Shown here piece by piece: positions 1 through 13,000 of a stretch of 64,000 bases of DNA (its first letter is position 1; the number at the start of each line of letters is the position of its first letter). The DNA comes from Auanema rhodensis (taxonomy: Eukaryota; Animalia; Nematoda), in assembly GCA_964057225.1 (NCBI GenBank), contig OZ059900.1, forward strand, positions 7,316,001-7,380,000, given 5' to 3'. The translations under genes were made by a program, and so were the position numbers. The notes under the pieces are model-generated. The model was not told the origin of the DNA, ran no database searches, and saw nothing but the letters and a program-made list of their open reading frames with translations.

Positions 1-348
1 GGTACAAAACATGTGAAAACTGTATGTTTTGATCAGACCCTTTGAGATATGGATTTGAAATTCAGGATTCATAAACTTTGACTATTTTTACATATATATG
101 TTCAATTGTAACCACTTTGGTCAAAAAGGACCGAAAATATCAAGAATTATTGGTTTTTTGGGGTTTGAAGGGCATTTTGGCTAAATCAGTCAAACTTTTG
201 ATCTTAAGCATATTTTTTTCTTCTAAAACGACTAAATGTATGAAATACTGTCATAGAATGTTGATATGGGTGTATTTTGCACGAATATCAAAACTGATTG
301 AAATATGGGCCTTTTTATGTTCAAAACGCCATATATTCAACGATTTTG
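1..348. repeat. Reference monomer (348 bp, ~70% AT); consensus carries one RsaI, PciI, BclI, AflII and HaeIII site and two GATC sites
   Basis: GTAC at 2-5, ACATGT at 9-14, TGATCA at 30-35, GATC at 31 and 200, CTTAAG at 203-208, GGCC at 308-311. The monomer start point is arbitrary. Confidence 0.95.
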
Positions 349-3300
349 GGTACAAAACATGTGAAAACTGTATGTTTTGATCAGACCCTTTGAGATATGG
401 ATTTGAAATTCAGGATTCATAAACTTTGACTATTTTTACATATATATGTTCAATTTTAACCACTTTGGTCAAAAAGGACCGAAAATATCGAGAATTATTG
501 GTTTTTTGGGGTTTGAAGGGCATTTTGGCAAAATCAGTCAAACTTTTGATCTTAAGCATATTTTTTTCTTCTAAAACGACTAAATGTATGAAATACTGTC
601 GAAGAATGTTCATATAGGTGTATTTTGCACGAATATCAAAACTGATTGAAATATGGGCCTTTTTATGCTCAAAACGCCATATATTCAACGATTTTGGGTA
701 CAAAACATGTGAAAACTGTATGTTTTGATCAGACCCTTTGAGATATGGATTTGAAATTCAGGATTCATAAACTTCGACTATTTCTACATATATATGTCCA
801 ATTTTAACCACTTTGGTCAAAAAGGACCGAAAATATCAAGAATTATTGGTTTTTTGGGGTTTGAAGGGCATTTTGGCAAAATCAGTCAAACTTTTGATCT
901 TAAGCATATTTTTTTTTTCTAAAACGACTAAATGTATGAAATACTGTCAAAGAATGTTCATATAGGTGTATTTTGCACGAATATCAAAACTGATTGAAAT
1001 ATGGGCCTTTTTATGCTCAAAACGCCATATATTCAACGATTTTGGGTACGAAACATGTGAAAACTGTATGTTTTGATCAGACCCTTTGAGATATGGATTT
1101 GAAATTCAGGATTCATAAACTTTGACTATTTTTACATATATATGTCCAATTTTAACCACTTTGGTCAAAAAGGACCGAAAATATCAAGAATTATTGGTTT
1201 TTTGGGGTTTGAAGGGCATTTTGGCAAAATCAGTCAAACTTTTGATCTTAAGCATATTTTTTTCTTCTAAAACGACTAAATGTATGAAATACTGTCAAAG
1301 AATGTTCATATAGGTGTATTTTGCACGAATATCAAAACTGATTGAAATATGGGCCTTTTTATGCTCAAAACGCCATATATTCAACGATTTTGGGTACAAA
1401 ACATGTGAAAACTGTATGTTTTGATCAGACCCTTTGAGATATGGATTTGAAATTCAGGATTCATAAACTTTGACTATTTTTACATATATATGTTCAATTG
1501 TAACCACTTTGGTCAAAAAGGACCGAAAATATCAAGAATTATTGGTTTTTTGGGGTTTGAAGGGCATTTTGGCTAAATCAGACAAACTTTTGATCTTAAG
1601 CATATTTTTTTCTTCTAAAACGACTAAATGTATGAAATACTGTCGAAGAATGTTTATATAGGTGTATTTTGAACGAATATCAAAACTGATTGAAATATGG
1701 GCCTTTTTATGCTCAAAACGCCATATATTCAACGATTTTGGGTACGAAACATGTGAAAACTGTATGTTTTGATCAGACCCTTTGAGATATGGATTTGAAA
1801 TTCAGGATTCATAAACTTTGACTATTTTTACATATATATGTCCAATTTTAACCACTTTGGTCAAAAAGGACCGAAAATATCAAGAATTATTGGTTTTTTG
1901 GGGTTTGAAGGGCATTTTGGCAAAATCAGTCAAACTTTTGATCTTAAGCATATTTTTTTCTTCTAAAACGACTAAATGTATGAAATACTGTCATAGAATG
2001 TTCATATAGGTGTATTTTGCACGAATATCAAAACTGATTGAAATATGGGCCTTTTTATGTTCAAAACGCCATATATTCAACGATTTTGGGTACAAAACAT
2101 GTGAAAACTGTATGTTTTGATCAGACCCTTTGAGATATGGATTTGAAATTCAGGATTCATAAACTTTGACTATTTTTACATATATATGTCCAATTTTAAC
2201 CACTTTGGTCAAAAAGGACCGAAAATATCAAGAATTATTGGTTTTTTGGGGTTTGAAGGAAATTTTGGCTAAATCAGTCAAACTTTTGATCTTAAGCATA
2301 TTTTTTTCTTCTAAAACGACTAAATGTATGAAATACTGTCATAGAATGTTCATATAGGTGTATTTTGTACGAATATCAAAACTGATTGAAATATGGGCCT
2401 TTTTATGCTCAAAACGCCATATATTCAACGATTTTGGGTACAAAACATGTGAAAACTGTATGTTTTGATCAGACCCTTTGAGATATGGATTTGAAATTCA
2501 GGATTCATAAACTTTGACTATTTTTACATATATATGTCCAATTTTAACCACTTTGGTCAAAAAGGACCGAAAATATCAAGAATTATTGGTTTTTTGGGGT
2601 TTGAAGGACATTTTGGCTAAATCAGTCAAACTTTTGATCTTAAGCATATTTTTTTCTTCTAAAACGACTAAATGTATGAAATACTGTCAAAGAATGTTCA
2701 TATAGGTGTATTTTGCACGAATATCAAAACTGATTGAAATATGGGCCTTTTTATGCTCAAAACGCCATATATTCAACGATTTTGGGTACAAAACATGTGA
2801 AAACTGTATGTTTTGATCAGACCCTTTGAGATATGGATTTGAAATTCAGGATTCATAAACTTTGACTATTTTTACATATATATGTTCAATTGTAACCACT
2901 TTGGTCAAAAAGGACCGAAAATATCAAGAATTATTGGTTTTTTGGGGTTTGAAGGGCATTTTGGCTAAATCAGACAAACTTTTGATCTTAAGCATATTTT
3001 TTTCTTCTAAAACGACTAAATGTATGAAATACTGTCGAAGAATGTTCATATAGGTGTATTTTGCACGAATATCAAAACTGATTGAAATATGGGCCTTTTT
3101 ATGCTCAAAACGCCATATATTCAACGATTTTGGGTACAAAACATGTGAAAACTGTATGTTTTGATCAGACCCTTTGAGATATGGATTTGAAATTCAGGAT
3201 TCATAAACTTTGACTATTTTTACATATATATGTCCAATTTTAACCACTATGGTCAAAAAGGACCGAAAATATCAAGAATTATTGGTTTTTTGGGGTTTGA

Positions 3301-4524
3301 AGGGCATTTTGGCAAAATCAGTCAAACTTTTGATCTTAAGCATATTTTTTTCTTCTAAAACGACTAAATGTATGAAATACTGTCATAGAATGTTCATATA
3401 GGTGTATTTTGCACGAATATCAAAACTGATTGAAATATGGGCCTTTTTATGCTCAAAACGCCATATATTCAACGATTTTGGGTACAAAACATGTGAAAAC
3501 TGTATGTTTTGATCAGACCCTTTGAGATATGGATTTGAAATTCAGGATTCATAAACTTCGACTATTTCTACATATATATGTCCAATTTTAACCACTTTGG
3601 TCAAAAAGGACCGAAAATATCAAGAATTATTGGTTTTTTGGGGTTTGAAGGGCATTTTGGCAAAATCAGTCAAACTTTTGATCTTAAGCATATTTTTTTT
3701 TTCTAAAACGACTAAATGTATGAAATACTGTCAAAGAATGTTCATATAGGTGTATTTTGCACGAATATCAAAACTGATTGAAATATGGGCCTTTTTATGC
3801 TCAAAACGCCATATATTCAACGATTTTGGGTACGAAACATGTGAAAACTGTATGTTTTGATCAGACCCTTTGAGATATGGATTTGAAATTCAGGATTCAT
3901 AAACTTTGACTATTTTTACATATATATGTCCAATTTTAACCACTTTGGTCAAAAAGGACCGAAAATATCAAGAATTATTGGTTTTTTGGGGTTTGAAGGG
4001 CATTTTGGCAAAATCAGTCAAACTTTTGATCTTAAGCATATTTTTTTCTTCTAAAACGACTAAATGTATGAAATACTGTCATAGAATGTTCATATAGGTG
4101 TATTTTGCACGAATATCAAAACTGATTGAAATATGGGCCTTTTTATGCTCAAAACGCCATATATTCAACGATTTTGGGTACAAAACATGTGAAAACTGTA
4201 TGTTTTGATCAGACCCTTTGAGATATGGATTTGAAATTCAGGATTCATAAACTTTGACTATTTTTACATATATATGTTCAATTTTAACCACTTTGGTCAA
4301 AAAGGACCGAAAATATCGAGAATTATTGGTTTTTTGGGGTTTGAAGGGCATTTTGGCAAAATCAGACAAACTTTTGATCTTAAGCATATTTTTTTCTTCT
4401 AAAACGACTAAATGTATGAAATACTGTCATAGAATGTTCATATAGGTGTATTTTGCACGAATATCAAAACTGATTGAAATATGGGCCTTTTTATGTTCAA
4501 AACGCCATATATTCAACGATTTTG

Positions 4525-7500
4525 GGTACAAAACATGTGAAAACTGTATGTTTTGATCAGACCCTTTGAGATATGGATTTGAAATTCAGGATTCATAAAC
4601 TTTGACTATTTTTACATATATATGTTCAATTTTAACCACTTTGGTCAAAAAGGACCGAAAATATCGAGAATTATTGGTTTTTTGGGGTTTGAAGGGCATT
4701 TTGGCAAAATCAGACAAACTTTTGATCTTAAGCATATTTTTTTCTTCTAAAACTACTAAATGTATGAAATACTGTCGAAGAATGTTCATATAGGTGTATT
4801 TTGCACGAATATCAAAACTGATTGAAATATGGGCCTTTTTATGCTCAAAACGCCATATATTCAACGATTTTGGGTACAAAACATGTGAAAACTGTATGTT
4901 TTGATCAGACCCTTTGAGATATGGATTTAAAATTCAGGATTCATAAAATTCGACTATTTTTACATATATATGTCCAATTTTAACCACTTTGGTCAAAAAG
5001 GACCGAAAATATCAAGAATTATTGGTTTTTTGGGGTTTGAAGGGCATTTTGGCAAAATCAGTCAAACTTTTGATCTTAAGCATATTTTTTTCTTCTAAAA
5101 CGACTAAATGTATGAAATACTGTCATAGAATGTTCATATAGGTGTATTTTGCACGAATATCAAAACTGATTGAAATATGGGCCTTTTTATGCTCAAAACG
5201 CCATATATTCAACGATTTTGGGTACAAAACATGTGAAAACTGTATGTTTTGATCAGACCCTTTGAGATATGGATTTGAAATTCAGGATTCATAAAATTCG
5301 ACTATTTTTACATATATATGTCCAATTTTAACCACTTTGGTCAAAAAGGACCGAAAATATCAAGAATTATTGGTTTTTTGGGGTTTGAAGGGCATTTTGG
5401 CAAAATCAGTCAAACTTTTGATCTTAAGCATATTTTTTTCTTCTAAAACGACTAAATGTATGAAATACTGTCATAGAATGTTCATATAGGTGTATTTTGC
5501 ACGAATATCAAAACTGATTGAAATATGGGCCTTTTTATGCTCAAAACGCCATATATTCAACGATTTTGGGTACAAAACATGTGAAAACTGTATGTTTTGA
5601 TCAGACCCTTTGAGATATGGATTTGAAATTCAGGATTCATAAACTTTGACTATTTTTACATATATATGTTCAATTTTAACCACTTTGGTCAAAAAGGACC
5701 GAAAATATCGAGAATTATTGGTTTTTTGGGGTTTGAAGGGCATTTTGGCAAAATCAGACAAACTTTTGATCTTAAGCATATTTTTTTCTTCTAAAACGAC
5801 TAAATGTATGAAATACTGTCGAAGAATGTTCATATAGGTGTATTTTGCACGAATATCAAAACTGATTGAAATATGGGCCTTTTTATGCTCAAAACGCCAT
5901 ATATTCAACGATTTTGGGTACAAAACATGTGAAAACTGTATGTTTTGATCAGACCCTTTGAGATATGGATTTAAAATTCAGGATTCATAAAATTCGACTA
6001 TTTTTACATATATATGTCCAATTTTAACCACTTTGGTCAAAAAGGACCGAAAATATCAAGAATTATTGGTTTTTTGGGGTTTGAAGGGCATTTTGGCAAA
6101 ATCAGTCAAACTTTTGATCTTAAGCATATTTTTTTCTTCTAAAACGACTAAATGTATGAAATACTGTCATAGAATGTTCATATAGGTGTATTTTGCACGA
6201 ATATCAAAACTGATTGAAATATGGGCCTTTTTATGCTCAAAACGCCATATATTCAACGATTTTGGGTACAAAACATGTGAAAACTGTATGTTTTGATCAG
6301 ACCCTTTGAGATATGGATTTGAAATTCAGGATTCATAAACTTCGACTATTTCTACATATATATGTCCAATTTTAACCACTTTGGTCAAAAAGGACCGAAA
6401 ATATCAAGAATTATTGGTTTTTTGGGGTTTGAAGGGCATTTTGGCAAAATCAGTCAAACTTTTGATCTTAAGCATATTTTTTTTTTCTAAAACGACTAAA
6501 TGTATGAAATACTGTCAAAGAATGTTCATATAGGTGTATTTTGCACGAATATCAAAACTGATTGAAATATGGGCCTTTTTATGCTCAAAACGCCATATAT
6601 TCAACGATTTTGGGTACGAAACATGTGAAAACTGTATGTTTTGATCAGACCCTTTGAGATATGGATTTGAAATTCAGGATTCATAAACTTTGACTATTTT
6701 TACATATATATGTCCAATTTTAACCACTTTGGTCAAAAAGGACCGAAAATATCAAGAATTATTGGTTTTTTGGGGTTTGAAGGGCATTTTGGCAAAATCA
6801 GTCAAACTTTTGATCTTAAGCATATTTTTTTCTTCTAAAACGACTAAATGTATGAAATACTGTCATAGAATGTTCATATAGGTGTATTTTGCACGAATAT
6901 CAAAACTGATTGAAATATGGGCCTTTTTATGTTCAAAACGCCATATATTCAACGATTTTGGGTACAAAACATGTGAAAACTGTATGTTTTGATCAGACCC
7001 TTTGAGATATGGATTTGAAATTCAGGATTCATAAACTTTGACTATTTTTACATATATATGTCCAATTTTAACCACTTTGGTCAAAAAGGACCGAAAATAT
7101 CAAGAATTATTGGTTTTTTGGGGTTTGAAGGACATTTTGGCTAAATCAGTCAAACTTTTGATCTTAAGCATATTTTTTTCTTCTAAAACGACTAAATGTA
7201 TGAAATACTGTCAAAGAATGTTCATATAGGTGTATTTTGCACGAATATCAAAACTGATTGAAATATGGGCCTTTTTATGCTCAAAACGCCATATATTCAA
7301 CGATTTTGGGTACAAAACATGTGAAAACTGTATGTTTTGATCAGACCCTTTGAGATATGGATTTGAAATTCAGGATTCATAAACTTTGACTATTTTTACA
7401 TATATATGTTCAATTGTAACCACTTTGGTCAAAAAGGACCGAAAATATCAAGAATTATTGGTTTTTTGGGGTTTGAAGGGCATTTTGGCTAAATCAGTCA

Positions 7501-10092
7501 AACTTTTGATCTTAAGCATATTTTTTTCTTCTAAAACGACTAAATGTATGAAATACTGTCATAGAATGTTGATATAGGTGTATTTTGCACGAATATCAAA
7601 ACTGATTGAAATATGGGCCTTTTTATGTTCAAAACGCCATATATTCAACGATTTTGGGTACAAAACATGTGAAAACTGTATGTTTTGATCAGACCCTTTG
7701 AGATATGGATTTGAAATTCAGGATTCATAAACTTTGACTATTTTTACATATATATGTTCAATTTTAACCACTTTGGTCAAAAAGGACCGAAAATATCGAG
7801 AATTATTGGTTTTTTGGGGTTTGAAGGGCATTTTGGCAAAATCAGACAAACTTTTGATCTTAAGCATATTTTTTTCTTCTAAAACTACTAAATGTATGAA
7901 ATACTGTCGAAGAATGTTCATATAGGTGTATTTTGCACGAATATCAAAACTGATTGAAATATGGGCCTTTTTATGCTCAAAACGCCATATATTCAACGAT
8001 TTTGGGTACAAAACATGTGAAAACTGTATGTTTTGATCAGACCCTTTGAGATATGGATTTAAAATTCAGGATTCATAAAATTCGACTATTTTTACATATA
8101 TATGTCCAATTTTAACCACTTTGGTCAAAAAGGACCGAAAATATCAAGAATTATTGGTTTTTTGGGGTTTGAAGGGCATTTTGGCAAAATCAGTCAAACT
8201 TTTGATCTTAAGCATATTTTTTTCTTCTAAAACGACTAAATGTATGAAATACTGTCATAGAATGTTCATATAGGTGTATTTTGCACGAATATCAAAACTG
8301 ATTGAAATATGGGCCTTTTTATGCTCAAAACGCCATATATTCAACGATTTTGGGTACAAAACATGTGAAAACTGTATGTTTTGATCAGACCCTTTGAGAT
8401 ATGGATTTGAAATTCAGGATTCATAAAATTCGACTATTTTTACATATATATGTCCAATTTTAACCACTTTGGTCAAAAAGGACCGAAAATATCAAGAATT
8501 ATTGGTTTTTTGGGGTTTGAAGGGCATTTTGGCAAAATCAGTCAAACTTTTGATCTTAAGCATATTTTTTTCTTCTAAAACGACTAAATGTATGAAATAC
8601 TGTCATAGAATGTTCATATAGGTGTATTTTGCACGAATATCAAAACTGATTGAAATATGGGCCTTTTTATGCTCAAAACGCCATATATTCAACGATTTTG
8701 GGTACAAAACATGTGAAAACTGTATGTTTTGATCAGACCCTTTGAGATATGGATTTGAAATTCAGGATTCATAAACTTTGACTATTTTTACATATATATG
8801 TTCAATTTTAACCACTTTGGTCAAAAAGGACCGAAAATATCGAGAATTATTGGTTTTTTGGGGTTTGAAGGGCATTTTGGCAAAATCAGACAAACTTTTG
8901 ATCTTAAGCATATTTTTTTCTTCTAAAACGACTAAATGTATGAAATACTGTCGAAGAATGTTCATATAGGTGTATTTTGCACGAATATCAAAACTGATTG
9001 AAATATGGGCCTTTTTATGCTCAAAACGCCATATATTCAACGATTTTGGGTACAAAACATGTGAAAACTGTATGTTTTGATCAGACCCTTTGAGATATGG
9101 ATTTAAAATTCAGGATTCATAAAATTCGACTATTTTTACATATATATGTCCAATTTTAACCACTTTGGTCAAAAAGGACCGAAAATATCAAGAATTATTG
9201 GTTTTTTGGGGTTTGAAGGGCATTTTGGCAAAATCAGTCAAACTTTTGATCTTAAGCATATTTTTTTCTTCTAAAACGACTAAATGTATGAAATACTGTC
9301 ATAGAATGTTCATATAGGTGTATTTTGCACGAATATCAAAACTGATTGAAATATGGGCCTTTTTATGTTCAAAACGCCATATATTCAACGATTTTGGGTA
9401 CAAAACATGTGAAAACTGTATGTTTTGATCAGACCCTTTGAGATATGGATTTGAAATTCAGGATTCATAAACTTCGACTATTTCTACATATATATGTCCA
9501 ATTTTAACCACTTTGGTCAAAAAGGACCGAAAATATCAAGAATTATTGGTTTTTTGGGGTTTGAAGGGCATTTTGGCAAAATCAGTCAAACTTTTGATCT
9601 TAAGCATATTTTTTTTTTCTAAAACGACTAAATGTATGAAATACTGTCAAAGAATGTTCATATAGGTGTATTTTGCACGAATATCAAAACTGATTGAAAT
9701 ATGGGCCTTTTTATGCTCAAAACGCCATATATTCAACGATTTTGGGTACGAAACATGTGAAAACTGTATGTTTTGATCAGACCCTTTGAGATATGGATTT
9801 GAAATTCAGGATTCATAAACTTTGACTATTTTTACATATATATGTCCAATTTTAACCACTTTGGTCAAAAAGGACCGAAAATATCAAGAATTATTGGTTT
9901 TTTGGGGTTTGAAGGGCATTTTGGCAAAATCAGTCAAACTTTTGATCTTAAGCATATTTTTTTCTTCTAAAACGACTAAATGTATGAAATACTGTCATAG
10001 AATGTTCATATAGGTGTATTTTGCACGAATATCAAAACTGATTGAAATATGGGCCTTTTTATGTTCAAAACGCCATATATTCAACGATTTTG
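4525..10092. repeat. Higher-order block: 7 monomers (4525-6960) repeated at 9-monomer spacing (7657-10092)
   Basis: The rare variant AAAACTACTAA occurs only at 4754 and 7886 (3132 = 9x348). The order of the other variants matches, with one difference noticed (6236 vs 9368). Confidence 0.9.
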
Positions 10093-13000
10093 GGTACAAA
10101 ACATGTGAAAACTGTATGTTTTGATCAGACCCTTTGAGATATGGATTTGGAATTCAGGATTCATAAACTTTGACTATTTTTACATATATATGTTCAATTT
10201 TAACCACTTTGGTCAAAAAGGACCGAAAATATCAAGAATTATTGGTTTTTTGGGGTTTGAAGGGCATTTTGGCTAAATCAGTCAAACTTTTGATCTTAAG
10301 CATATTTTTTTCTTCTAAAACGAGTAAATGTATGAAATACTGTCATAGAATGTTCATATAGGTGTATTTTGTACGAATATCAAAACTGATTGAAATATGG
10401 GCCTTTTTATGCTCAAAACGCCATATATTCAACGATTTTGGGTACAAAACATGTGAAAACTGTATGTTTTGATCAGACCCTTTGAGATATGGATTTGAAA
10501 TTCAGGATTCATAAACTTTGACTATTTTTACATATATATGTTCAATTTTAACCACTTTGGTCAAAAAGGACCGAAAATATCAAGAATTATTGGTTTTTTG
10601 GGGTTTGAAGGGCATTTTGGCTAAATCAGTCAAACTTTTGATCTTAAGCATATTTTTTTCTTCTAAAACGAGTAAATGTATGAAATACTGTCATAGAATG
10701 TTCATATAGGTGTATTTTGTACGAATATCAAAACTGATTGAAATATGGGCCTTTTTATGCTCAAAACGCCATATATTCAACGATTTTGGGTACAAAACAT
10801 GTGAAAACTGTATGTTTTGATCAGACCCTTTGAGATATGGATTTGAAATTCAGGATTCATAAACTTTGACTATTTTTACATATATATGTCCAATTTTAAC
10901 CACTTTGGTCAAAAAGGACCGAAAATATCAAGAATTATTGGTTTTTTGGGGTTTGAAGGACATTTTGGCTAAATCAGTCAAACTTTTGATCTTAAGCATA
11001 TTTTTTTCTTCTAAAACGACTAAATGTATGAAATACTGTCAAAGAATGTTCATATAGGTGTATTTTGCACGAATATCAAAACTGATTGAAATATGGGCCT
11101 TTTTATGCTCAAAACGCCATATATTCAACGATTTTGGGTACAAAACATGTGAAAACTGTATGTTTTGATCAGACCCTTTGAGATATGGATTTGAAATTCA
11201 GGATTCATAAACTTTGACTATTTTTACATATATATGTTCAATTGTAACCACTTTGGTCAAAAAGGACCGAAAATATCAAGAATTATTGGTTTTTTGGGGT
11301 TTGAAGGGCATTTTGGCTCAATCAGACAAACTGTTGATCTTAAGCATATTTTTTTCTTCTAAAACGACTAAATGTATGAAATACTGTCGAAGAATGTTCA
11401 TATAGGTGTATTTTGCACGAATATCAAAACTGATTGAAATATGGGCCTTTTTATGCTCAAAACGCCATATATTCAACGATTTTGGGTACAAAACATGTGA
11501 AAACTGTATGTTTTGATCAGACCCTTTGAGATATGGATTTGAATTTGAGGATTCATAAACTTTGACTATTTTCACATATATATGTTCAATTTTAACCACT
11601 TTGGTCAAAAAGGACCGAAAATATCAAGAATTATTGGTTTTTTGGGGTTTGAAGGGCATTTTGGCAAAATCAGTCAAACTTTTGATCTTAAGCATATTTT
11701 TTTCTTCTAAAACGACTAAATGTATGAAATACTGTCATAGAATGTTCATATAGGTGTATTTTGCACGAATATCAAAACTGATTGAAATATGGGCCTTTTT
11801 ATGCTCAAAACGCCATATATTCAACGATTTTGGGTTCAAAACATGTGAAAACTGTATGTTTTGATCAGACCCTTTGAGATATGGATTTGAAATTCAGGAT
11901 TCATAAACTTTGACTATTTTTACATATATATGTTCAATTTTAACCACTTTGGTCAAAAAGGACCGAAAATATCAAGAATTATTGGTTTTTTGGGGTTTGA
12001 AGGGCATTTTGGCTAAATCAGTCAAACTTTTGATCTTAAGCATATTTTTTTCTTCTAAAACGACTAAATGTATGAAATACTGTCATAGAATGTTCATATA
12101 GGTGTATTTTGCACGAATATCAAAACTGATTGAAATATGGGCCTTTTTATGCTCAAAACGCCATATATTCAACGATTTTGGGTACAAAACATGTGAAAAC
12201 TGTATGTTTTGATCAGACCCTTTGAGATATGGATTTGAAATTCAGGATTCATAAACTTCGACTATTTCTACATATATATGTCCAATTTTAACCACTTTGG
12301 TCAAAAAGGACCGAAAATATCAAGAATTATTGGTTTTTTGGGGTTTGAAGGGCATTTTGGCAAAATCAGTCAAACTTTTGATCTTAAGCATATTTTTTTT
12401 TTCTAAAACGACTAAATGTATGAAATACTGTCAAAGAATGTTCATATAGGTGTATTTTGCACGAATATCAAAACTGATTGAAATATGGGCCTTTTTATGC
12501 TCAAAACGCCATATATTCAACGATTTTGGGTACGAAACATGTGAAAACTGTATGTTTTGATCAGACCCTTTGAGATATGGATTTGAAATTCAGGATTCAT
12601 AAACTTTGACTATTTTTACATATATATGTCCAATTTTAACCACTTTGGTCAAAAAGGACCGAAAATATCAAGAATTATTGGTTTTTTGGGGTTTGAAGGG
12701 CATTTTGGCAAAATCAGTCAAACTTTTGATCTTAAGCATATTTTTTTCTTCTAAAACGACTAAATGTATGAAATACTGTCATAGAATGTTCATATAGGTG
12801 TATTTTGCACGAATATCAAAACTGATTGAAATATGGGCCTTTTTATGTTCAAAACGCCATATATTCAACGATTTTGGGTACAAAACATGTGAAAACTGTA
12901 TGTTTTGATCAGACCCTTTGAGATATGGATTTGGAATTCAGGATTCATAAACTTTGACTATTTTTACATATATATGTTCAATTTTAACCACTTTGGTCAA

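Noticed and set aside
152-180. TTTTGGGG ciliate-telomere-like motif or G-quadruplex in GGTTTTTTGGGGTTTGAAGGGCATTTTGG
   Set aside because: There is one copy per monomer and only two runs of three or more G, so at most a weak two-tier structure.
1-348. 5S rDNA, tRNA, snRNA or spliced-leader tandem gene unit
   Set aside because: I recognise no 5S coding sequence, Pol III A/B/C boxes or cloverleaf, and there is no conserved-gene versus variable-spacer partition. An Rfam/Infernal scan would confirm.
1-348. Assignment to a named ~350-bp satellite (e.g. Drosophila 1.688/359-bp, or plant and beetle satellites of similar length)
   Set aside because: Length alone is not evidence and I see no sequence match I can vouch for. 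A database search is required.
773-790. CENP-B box at the TTCG variant
   Set aside because: TTCGACTATTTCTAC lacks the A and CGGG required by TTCGNNNNANNCGGG.
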